A stretch of DNA of 64,000 bases from Auanema rhodensis. Taxonomy: Eukaryota > Animalia > Nematoda. The stretch spans positions 21,266,001-21,330,000 of the forward strand of contig OZ059898.1 in NCBI GenBank assembly GCA_964057225.1, read 5' to 3'. Position numbers and translations under genes: made by a program. Positions 53,678 through 64,000 of the stretch are shown one piece after another. Every line of letters starts with the position of its first letter. Position 1 is the stretch's first letter. The notes beneath the pieces were generated by a model. That model saw nothing but the letters and a program-made list of their open reading frames with translations, was not told the DNA's origin and made no database searches.

Positions 53678-56600
53678 TGGTTTTCAAAATTAGATTCCCC
53701 ATGTCCATATTAGTCTAGAAACAAATTTTCATTGATATTGGTGCATGGTAACCATGACTTTGAAATTTACGTGAACTTTAATTTATGCTAATTAAATGTA
53801 CACGTGATGTGCACTTGGTATGTAACTCGCTTCACGTGAAAGATAAAGAGATGCGGTTTTCAAAATTAGATTCCCTATGTCCATATTAGTCTAAAAACAA
53901 ATTTTTATTGATATTGGTTCATGGTAACCATGACTTTGAAATTTACGTGAACTTTAATTTATGCTAATTAAATGTACACGTGATGTGCACTTGGTATGTA
54001 ACTCGCTTCACGTGAAAGATAAAGAGATGCGGTTTTCAAAATTAGATTTCCCATGTCCATATTAGTCTACAAACAAATTTTTATTGATATTGGTTCATGG
54101 TAACCATGACTTTGAAATTTACGTGAACTTTAATTTATGCTAATTAAATGTACACGTGATGTGCACTTGGTATGTAACTCGCTTCACGTGAAAGATAAAG
54201 AGATGCGGTTTTCAAAATTAGATTTCCCATGTCCATATTAGTCTAAAAACAAATTTTTATTGATATTGGTTCATGGTAACCATGACTTTGAAATTTACGT
54301 GAACTTTGATTTATGCTAATTAAATGTACACGTGATGTGCACTTGGTATGTAACCCGCTTCACGTGAAAGATAAAGAGATGCGGTTTTCAAAATTAGATT
54401 CCCCATGTCCATATTAGTCTAAAAACAAATTTTTATTGATATTGGTGCATGGTAACCATGACTTTGAAATTTACGTGAACTTTAATTTATGCTAATTAAA
54501 TGTACACGTGATGTGCACTTGGTATGTAACTCGCTTCACGTGAAAGATAAAGAGATGCGGTTTTCGAAATTAGATTCCTCATGTCCATATTAGTCTAAAA
54601 ACAAATTTTTATTGATATTGGTTCATGGTAACCATGACTTTGAAATTTACGTGAACTTTAATTTATGCTAATTAAATGTACACGTGATGTGCACTTGGTA
54701 TGTAACTCGCTTCACGTGAAAGATAAAGAGATTTGGTTTTCAAAATTAGATTCCCCATGTCCATATTAGTCTAAAAACAAATTTTCATTGATATTGGTGC
54801 ATGGTAACCATGACTTTGAAATTTACGTGAACTTTAATTTATGCTAATTAAATGTACACGTGATGTGCACTTGGTATGTAACTCGCTTCACGTGAAAGAT
54901 AAAGAGATGCGGTTTTCAAAATTAGATTCCCTATGTCCATATTAGTCTAAAAACAAATTTTTATCAATATTGGTTCATGGTAACCATGACTTTGAAATTT
55001 ACGTGAACTTTAATTTATGCTAATTAAATGTACACGTGATGTGCACTTGGTATGTAACTCGCTTCACGTGAAAGATAAAGAGATGCGGTTTTCAAAATTA
55101 GATTCCCCATGTCCATATTAGTCTAAAAACAAATTTTTATTGATATTGGTTCATGGTAACCATGACTTTGAAATTTACGTGAACTTTAATTTATGCTAAT
55201 TAAATGTACACGTGATGTGCACTTGGTATGTAACTCGCTTCACGTGAAAGATAAAGAGATGCGGTTTTCAAAATTAGATTCCCCATGTCCATATTAGTCT
55301 AAAAACAAATTTTTATTGATATTGGTTCATGGTAAACATGACTTTGAAATTTACGTGAACTTTAATTTATGCTAATTAAATGTACACGTGATGTGCACTT
55401 GGTATGTAACTCGCTTCACGTGAAAGATAAAGAGATGCGGTTTTCAAAATTAGATTCCCCATGTCCATATTAGTCTAAAAACCAATTTTTATTGATATTG
55501 GTGCATGGTAACCATGACTTTGAAATTTACGTGAACTTTAATTTATGCTAATTAAATGTACACGTGATGTGCACTTGGTATGTAACTCGCTTCACGTGAA
55601 AGATAAAGAGGTGCGGTTTTCAAAATTAGATTCCCCATGTCCATATTAGTCTAAAAACAAATTTTTATTGATATTGGTTCATGGTAACCATGACTTTGAA
55701 ATTTACGTGAACTTTAATTTATGCTAATTAAATGTACACGTGATGTGCACTTGGTATGTAACTCGCTTCACGTGAAAGATAAAGAGATGCGGTTTTCGAA
55801 ATTAGTATCCTCATGTCCATATTAGTCTAAAAACAAATTTTTATTGATATTGGTGCATGGTAACCATGACTTTGAAATTTACGTGAACTTTAATTTATGC
55901 TAATTAAATGTACACGTGATGTGCACTTGGTATGTAACTCGCTTCACGTGAAAGATAAAGAGATGCGGTTTTCGAAATTAGATTCCTCATTTCCATATTA
56001 GTTTAAAAACAAATTTTTATTGATATTGGTTCATGGTAACCATGACTTTGAAATTTACGTGAACTTTAATTTATGCTAATTAAATGTACACGTGATGTGC
56101 ACTTGGTATGTAACTCGCTTCACGTGAAAGATAAAGAGATGCGGTTTTCAAAATTAGATTCCCTATGTCCATATTAGTCTAAAAACAAATTTTTATCGAT
56201 ATTGGTTCATGGTAACCATGACTTTGAAATTTACGTGAACTTTAATTTATGCTAATTAAATGTACACGTGATGTGCACTTGGTATGTAACTCGCTTCACG
56301 TGAAAGATAAAGAGATGCGGTTTTCAAAATTAGATTTCCCATGTCCATATTAGTCTAAAAACAAATTTTTATTGATATTGGTTCATGGTAACCATGACTT
56401 TGAAATTTACGTGAACTTTGATTTATGCTAATTAAATGTACACGTGATGTGCACTTGGTATGTAACCCGCTTCACGTGAAAGATAAAGAGATGCGGTTTT
56501 CAAAATTAGATTCCCCATGTCCATATTAGTCTAAAAACAAATTTTTATTGATATTGGTGCATGGTAACCATGACTTTGAAATTTACGTGAACTTTAATTT

Positions 56601-59133
56601 ATGCTAATTAAATGTACACGTGATGTGCACTTGGTATGTAACTCGCTTCACGTGAAAGATAAAGAGATGCGGTTTTCGAAATTAGATTCCTCATGTCCAT
56701 ATTAGTCTAAAAACAAATTTTTATTGATATTGGTTCATGGTAACCATGACTTTGAAATTTACGTGAACTTTAATTTATGCTAATTAAATGTACACGTGAT
56801 GTGCACTTGGTATGTAACTCGCTTCACGTGAAAGATAAAGAGATTTGGTTTTCAAAATTAGATTCCCCATGTCCATATTAGTCTAAAAACAAATTTTCAT
56901 TGATATTGGTGCATGGTAACCATGACTTTGAAATTTACGTGAACTTTAATTTATGCTAATTAAATGTACACGTGATGTGCACTTGGTATGTAACTCGCTT
57001 CACGTGAAAGATAAAGAGATGCGGTTTTCAAAATTAGATTCCCTATGTCCATATTAGTCTAAAAACAAATTTTTATTGATATTGGTTCATGGTAACCATG
57101 ACTTTGAAATTTACGTGAACTTTAATTTATGCTAATTAAATGTACACGTGATGTGCACTTGGTATGTAACTCGCTTCACGTGAAAGATAAAGAGATGCGG
57201 TTTTCAAAATTAGATTTCCCATGTCCATATTAGTCTAAAAACAAATTTTTATTGATATTGGTTCATGGTAACCATGACTTTGAAATTTACGTGAACTTTA
57301 ATTTATGCTAATTAAATGTACACGTGATGTGCACTTGGTATGTAACTCGCTTCACGTGAAAGATAAAGAGATGCGGTTTTCAAAATTAGATTTCCCATGT
57401 CCATATTAGTCTAAAAACAAATTTTTATTGATATTGGTTCATGGTAACCATGACTTTGAAATTTACGTGAACTTTGATTTATGCTAATTAAATGTACACG
57501 TGATGTGCACTTGGTATGTAACCCGCTTCACGTGAAAGATAAAGAGATGCGGTTTTCAAAATTAGATTCCCCATGTCCATATTAGTCTAAAAACAAATTT
57601 TTATTGATATTGGTGCATGGTAACCATGACTTTGAAATTTACGTGAACTTTAATTTATGCTAATTAAATGTACACGTGATGTGCACTTGGTATGTAACTC
57701 GCTTCACGTGAAAGATAAAGAGATGCGGTTTTCGAAATTAGATTCCTCATGTCCATATTAGTCTAAAAACAAATTTTTATTGATATTGGTTCATGGTAAC
57801 CATGACTTTGAAATTTACGTGAACTTTAATTTATGCTAATTAAATAAACACGTGATGTGCACTTGGTATGTAACTCGCTTCACGTGAAAGATAAAGAGAT
57901 TTGGTTTTCAAAATTAGATTCCCCATGTCCATATTAGTCTAAAAACAAATTTTCATTGATATTGGTGCATGGTAACCATGACTTTGAAATTTACGTGAAC
58001 TTTAATTTATGCTAATTAAATGTACACGTGATGTGCACTTGGTATGTAACTCGCTTCACGTGAAAGATAAAGAGATGCGGTTTTCAAAATTAGATTCCCT
58101 ATGTCCATATTAGTCTAAAAACAAATTTTTATCAATATTGGTTCATGGTAACCATGACTTTGAAATTTACGTGAACTTTAATTTATGCTAATTAAATGTA
58201 CACGTGATGTGCACTTGGTATGTAACTCGCTTCACGTGAAAGATAAAGAGATGCGGTTTTCAAAATTAGATTCCCCATGTCCATATTAGTCTAAAAACAA
58301 ATTTTTATTGATATTGGTTCATGGTAACCATGACTTTGAAATTTACGTGAACTTTAATTTATGCTAATTAAATGTACACGTGATGTGCACTTGGTATGTA
58401 ACTCGCTTCACGTGAAAGATAAAGAGATGCGGTTTTCAAAATTAGATTCCCCATGTCCATATTAGTCTAAAAACAAATTTTTATTGATATTGGTTCATGG
58501 TAAACATGACTTTGAAATTTACGTGAACTTTAATTTATGCTAATTAAATGTACACGTGATGTGCACTTGGTATGTAACTCGCTTCACGTGAAAGATAAAG
58601 AGATGCGGTTTTCAAAATTAGATTCCCCATGTCCATATTAGTCTAAAAACCAATTTTTATTGATATTGGTGCATGGTAACCATGACTTTGAAATTTACGT
58701 GAACTTTAATTTATGCTAATTAAATGTACACGTGATGTGCACTTGGTATGTAACTCGCTTCACGTGAAAGATAAAGAGGTGCGGTTTTCAAAATTAGATT
58801 CCCCATGTCCATATTAGTCTAAAAACAAATTTTTATTGATATTGGTTCATGGTAACCATGACTTTGAAATTTACGTGAACTTTAATTTATGCTAATTAAA
58901 TGTACACGTGATGTGCACTTGGTATGTAACTCGCTTCACGTGAAAGATAAAGAGATGCGGTTTTCGAAATTAGTATCCTCATGTCCATATTAGTCTAAAA
59001 ACAAATTTTTATTGATATTGGTTCATGGTAACCATGACTTTGAAATTTACGTGAACTTTAATTTATGCTAATTAAATGTACACGTGATGTGCACTTGGTA
59101 TGTAACTCGCTTCACGTGAAAGATAAAGAGATG
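53678..59133 (+). repeat. Higher-order duplication with 18-monomer offset (3168 bp)
   Basis: The 13-monomer run from 53678 recurs from 56846. Marker monomers: ATCAAT at 54910/58078, C75A at 55262/58430, A46C+A174G at 55438/58606, AGTATCCTC at 55790/58958. Confidence 0.88.
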
Positions 59134-60365
59134 CGGTTTTCAAAATTAGATTCCCCATGTCCATATTAGTCTAAAAACAAATTTTTATTGATATTGGTGC
59201 ATGGTAACCATGACTTTGAAATTTACGTGAACTTTAATTTATGCTAATTAAATGTACACGTGATGTGCACTTGGTATGTAACTCGCTTCACGTGAAAGAT
59301 AAAGAGATGCGGTTTTCAAAATTAGATTCCCTATGTCCATATTAGTCTAAAAACAAATTTTTATCGATATTGGTTCATGGTAACCATGACTTTGAAATTT
59401 ACGTGAACTTTAATTTATGCTAATTAAATGTACACGTGATGTGCACTTGGTATGTAACTCGCTTCACGTGAAAGATAAAGAGATGCGGTTTTCAAAATTA
59501 GATTCCCCATGTCCATATTAGTCTAAAAACAAATTTTTATTGATATTGGTGCATGGTAACCATGACTTTGAAATTTACGTGAACTTTAATTTATGCTAAT
59601 TAAATGTACACGTGATGTGCACTTGGTATGTAACCCGCTTCACGTGAAAGATAAAGAGATGCGGTTTTCAAAATTAGATTCCTCATGACCATATTAGTCT
59701 AAAAACAAATTTTTATTGATATTGGTGCATGGTAACCATGACTTTGAAATTTACGTGAACTTTAATTTATGCTAATTAAATGTACACGTGATGTGCACTT
59801 GGTATGTAACTCGCTTCACGTGAAAGATAAAGAGATGCGGTTTTCAAAATTAGATTCCCCATGTCCATATTAGTCTAAAAACAAATTTTTATTGATATTG
59901 GTGCATGGTAACCATGACTTTGAAATTTACGTGTACTTTAATTTATGCTAATTAAATGTACACGTGATGTGCACTTGGTATGTAACTCGCTTCACGTGAA
60001 AGATAAAGAGATGCGGTTTCCAAAATTAGATTCCCCAAGTCCATATTAGTCTAAAAACAAATTTTTATTGATATTGGTTCATGGTAACCATGACTTTGAA
60101 ATTTACGTGAACTTTAATTTATGCTAATTAAATGTACACGTGATGTGCACTTGGTATGTAACTCGCTTCACGTGAAAGATAAAGAGATGCGGTTTTCAAA
60201 ATTAGATTTCCCATGTCCATATTAGTCTAAAAACAAATTTTTATTGATATTGGTTCATGGTAACCATGACTTTGAAATTTACGTGAACTTTGATTTATGC
60301 TAATTAAATGTACACGTGATGTGCACTTGGTATGTAACCCGCTTCACGTGAAAGATAAAGAGATG

Positions 60366-63300
60366 CGGTTTCCAAAATTAGATTCCCCATGTCCATATTA
60401 GTCTAAAAACAAATTTTTATTGATATTGGTGCATGGTAACCATGACTTTGAAATTTACGTGAACTTTAATTTATGCTAATTAAATGTACACGTGATGTGC
60501 ACTTGGTATGTAACTCGCTTCACGTGAAAGATAAAGAGATGCGGTTTTCGAAATTAGATTCCTCATGTCCATATTAGTCTAAAAACAAATTTTTATTGAT
60601 ATTGGTTCATGGTAACCATGACTTTGAAATTTACGTGAACTTTAATTTATGCTAATTAAATGTACACGTGATGTGCACTTGGTATGTAACTCGCTTCACG
60701 TGAAAGATAAAGAGATGCGGTTTTCAAAATTAGATTCCCCATGTCCATATTAGTCTAAAAACAAATTTTTATTGATATTGGTGCATGGTAACCATGACTT
60801 TGAAATTTACGTGAACTTTAATTTATGCTAATTAAATGTACACGTGATGTGCACTTGGTATGTAACTCGCTTCACGTGAAAGATAAAGAGATGCGGTTTT
60901 CAAAATTAGATTCCCTATGTCCATATTAGTCTAAAAACAAATTTTTATCGATATTGGTTCATGGTAACCATGACTTTGAAATTTACGTGAACTTTAATTT
61001 ATGCTAATTAAATGTACACGTGATGTGCACTTGGTATGTAACTCGCTTCACGTGAAAGATAAAGAGGTGCGGTTTTCAAAATTAGATTCCCCATGTCCAT
61101 ATTAGTCTAAAAACAAATTTTTATTGATATTGGTTCATGGTAACCATGACTTTGAAATTTACGTGAACTTTAATTTATGCTAATTAAATGTACACGTGAT
61201 GTGCACTTGGTATGTAACTCGCTTCACGTGAAAGATAAAGAGATGCGGTTTTCGAAATTAGTATCCTCATGTCCATATTAGTCTAAAAACAAATTTTTAT
61301 TGATATTGGTTCATGGTAACCATGACTTTGAAATTTACGTGAACTTTGATTTATGCTAATTAAATGTACACGTGATGTGCACTTGGTATGTAACCCGCTT
61401 CACGTGAAAGATAAAGAGATGCGGTTTTCAAAATTAGATTCCCCATGTCCATATTAGTCTAAAAACAAATTTTTATTGATATTGGTGCATGGTAACCATG
61501 ACTTTGAAATTTACGTGAACTTTAATTTATGCTAATTAAATGTACACGTGATGTGCACTTGGTATGTAACTCGCTTCACGTGAAAGATAAAGAGATGCGG
61601 TTTTCGAAATTAGATTCCTCATGTCCATATTAGTCTAAAAACAAATTTTTATTGATATTGGTTCATGGTAACCATGACTTTGAAATTTACGTGAACTTTA
61701 ATTTATGCTAATTAAATGTACACGTGATGTGCACTTGGTATGTAACTCGCTTCACGTGAAAGATAAAGAGATGCGGTTTTCAAAATTAGATTCCCCATGT
61801 CCATATTAGTCTAAAAACAAATTTTTATTGATATTGGTGCATGGTAACCATGACTTTGAAATTTACGTGAACTTTAATTTATGCTAATTAAATGTACACG
61901 TGATGTGCACTTGGTATGTAACTCGCTTCACGTGAAAGATAAAGAGATGCGGTTTTCAAAATTAGATTCCCTATGTCCATATTAGTCTAAAAACAAATTT
62001 TTATCGATATTGGTTCATGGTAACCATGACTTTGAAATTTACGTGAACTTTAATTTATGCTAATTAAATGTACACGTGATGTGCACTTGGTATGTAACTC
62101 GCTTCACGTGAAAGATAAAGAGGTGCGGTTTTCAAAATTAGATTCCCCATGTCCATATTAGTCTAAAAACAAATTTTTATTGATATTGGTTCATGGTAAC
62201 CATGACTTTGAAATTTACGTGAACTTTAATTTATGCTAATTAAATGTACACGTGATGTGCACTTGGTATGTAACTCGCTTCACGTGAAAGATAAAGAGAT
62301 GCGGTTTTCGAAATTAGTATCCTCATGTCCATATTAGTCTAAAAACAAATTTTTATTGATATTGGTTCATGGTAACCATGACTTTGAAATTTACGTGAAC
62401 TTTAATTTATGCTAATTAAATGTACACGTGATGTGCACTTGGTATGTAACTCGCTTCACGTGAAAGATAAAGAGATGCGGTTTTCAAAATTAGATTCCCC
62501 ATGTCCATATTAGTCTAAAAACAAATTTTTATTGATATTGGTGCATGGTAACCATGACTTTGAAATTTACGTGAACTTTAATTTATGCTAATTAAATGTA
62601 CACGTGATGTGCACTTGGTATGTAACTCGCTTCACGTGAAAGATAAAGAGATGCGGTTTTCAAAATTAGATTCCCTATGTCCATATTAGTCTAAAAACAA
62701 ATTTTTATCGATATTGGTTCATGGTAACCATGACTTTGAAATTTACGTGAACTTTAATTTATGCTAATTAAATGTACACGTGATGTGCACTTGGTATGTA
62801 ACTCGCTTCACGTGAAAGATAAAGAGATGCGGTTTTCAAAATTAGATTCCCCATGTCCATATTAGTCTAAAAACAAATTTTTATTGATATTGGTTCATGG
62901 TAACCATGACTTTGAAATTTACGTGAACTTTAATTTATGCTAATTAAATGTACACGTGATGTGCACTTGGTATGTAACTCGCTTCACGTGAAAGATAAAG
63001 AGATGCGGTTTTCGAAATTAGTATCCTCATGTCCATATTAGTCTAAAAACAAATTTTTATTGATATTGGTTCATGGTAACCATGACTTTGAAATTTACGT
63101 GAACTTTAATTTATGCTAATTAAATGTACACGTGATGTGCACTTGGTATGTAACTCGCTTCACGTGAAAGATAAAGAGATGCGGTTTTCAAAATTAGATT
63201 CCCCATGTCCATATTAGTCTAAAAACAAATTTTTATTGATATTGGTGCATGGTAACCATGACTTTGAAATTTACGTGAACTTTAATTTATGCTAATTAAA

Positions 63301-63885
63301 TGTACACGTGATGTGCACTTGGTATGTAACTCGCTTCACGTGAAAGATAAAGAGATGCGGTTTTCAAAATTAGATTCCCTATGTCCATATTAGTCTAAAA
63401 ACAAATTTTTATCGATATTGGTTCATGGTAACCATGACTTTGAAATTTACGTGAACTTTAATTTATGCTAATTAAATGTACACGTGATGTGCACTTGGTA
63501 TGTAACTCGCTTCACGTGAAAGATAAAGAGGTGCGGTTTTCAAAATTAGATTCCCCATGTCCATATTAGTCTAAAAACAAATTTTTATTGATATTGGTTC
63601 ATGGTAACCATGACTTTGAAATTTACGTGAACTTTAATTTATGCTAATTAAATGTACACGTGATGTGCACTTGGTATGTAACTCGCTTCACGTGAAAGAT
63701 AAAGAGATGCGGTTTTCGAAATTAGTATCCTCATGTCCATATTAGTCTAAAAACAAATTTTTATTGATATTGGTTCATGGTAACCATGACTTTGAAATTT
63801 ACGTGAACTTTGATTTATGCTAATTAAATGTACACGTGATGTGCACTTGGTATGTAACCCGCTTCACGTGAAAGATAAAGAGATG
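60366..63885 (+). repeat. 6-mer duplication grading into a 4-monomer higher-order repeat (704 bp x3 at 61774-63885)
   Basis: The AT17-18TA marker is at 61262, 62318, 63022 and 63726 (gaps 1056, 704, 704). C23T+T56C monomers start at 60894, 61950, 62654 and 63358. Confidence 0.9.
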
Positions 63886-64000
63886 CGGTTTTCAAAATTA
63901 GATTCCCCATGTCCATATTAGTCTAAAAACAAATTTTTATTGATATTGGTGCATGGTAACCATGACTTTGAAATTTACGTGAACTTTAATTTATGCTAAT

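Larger units (their letters stand above)
1..64000. repeat. Tandem satellite DNA array, 176-bp monomer, about 363.6 copies; probable centromeric/pericentromeric satellite of a eukaryote
   Basis: Seen: the unit starting CGGTTTTCAAAATTAGATTCCCCATG recurs at 1, 177, then 349+176k (e.g. 701, 9501). The register shifts -1 after about 45985, returns to 0 after about 50385 and is +1 after about 51266. The last unit starts at 63886 and is truncated. Both window ends lie inside the array. The centromeric label is inference from the nucleosome-scale monomer, AT richness, homogeneity and higher-order structure. Confidence refers to the satellite call. Confidence 0.99.

Noticed and set aside
1-64000. CRISPR array or other repeat-spacer system
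   Set aside because: There are no unique spacers: the whole 176 bp repeats. No leader or cas genes.
1-64000. Inversions, transposon insertions or telomeric repeats within the array
   Set aside because: The 176-bp register and orientation can be followed continuously from end to end, with only four 1-4 bp shifts.
1-64000. G/T state at position 66 as a strict array-wide dimer or code
   Set aside because: Runs of G and T monomers are irregular and are explained by the local duplications. There is no global alternation.

Overview
The whole 64,000-bp window is one uninterrupted head-to-tail tandem array of a 176-bp AT-rich monomer (57/176 = about 32% GC). It holds about 363 full copies plus a 115-bp partial copy, all in one orientation, with no unique DNA, genes, RNA genes or transposon insertions. 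Most monomers differ from the consensus by 0-4 substitutions, and I found only four indels. Monomer length, homogeneity and organisation are typical of eukaryotic centromeric or pericentromeric satellite DNA. I do not recognise the family or the organism. The structure lies in the variants. I typed monomers by hand, with positions numbered on monomer 1..176. This shows about seven spatial domains, nested higher-order duplications (2-, 4-, 5-, 6-, 10-, 13- and 18-monomer periods), an ancestral dimer that recurs across 60 kb, and one single-monomer deletion whose breakpoint maps to 6 bp. The monomer has two halves. Positions 5-88 form a degenerate fold-back. The second half has three ACGTGA motifs 32-33 bp apart and a minus-strand CENP-B-box-like 17-mer, whose better-matching allele sits in alternate monomers of the most homogeneous domain. 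The single 60-aa ORF comes from one stop-removing substitution. All counts are by eye and need computational confirmation.
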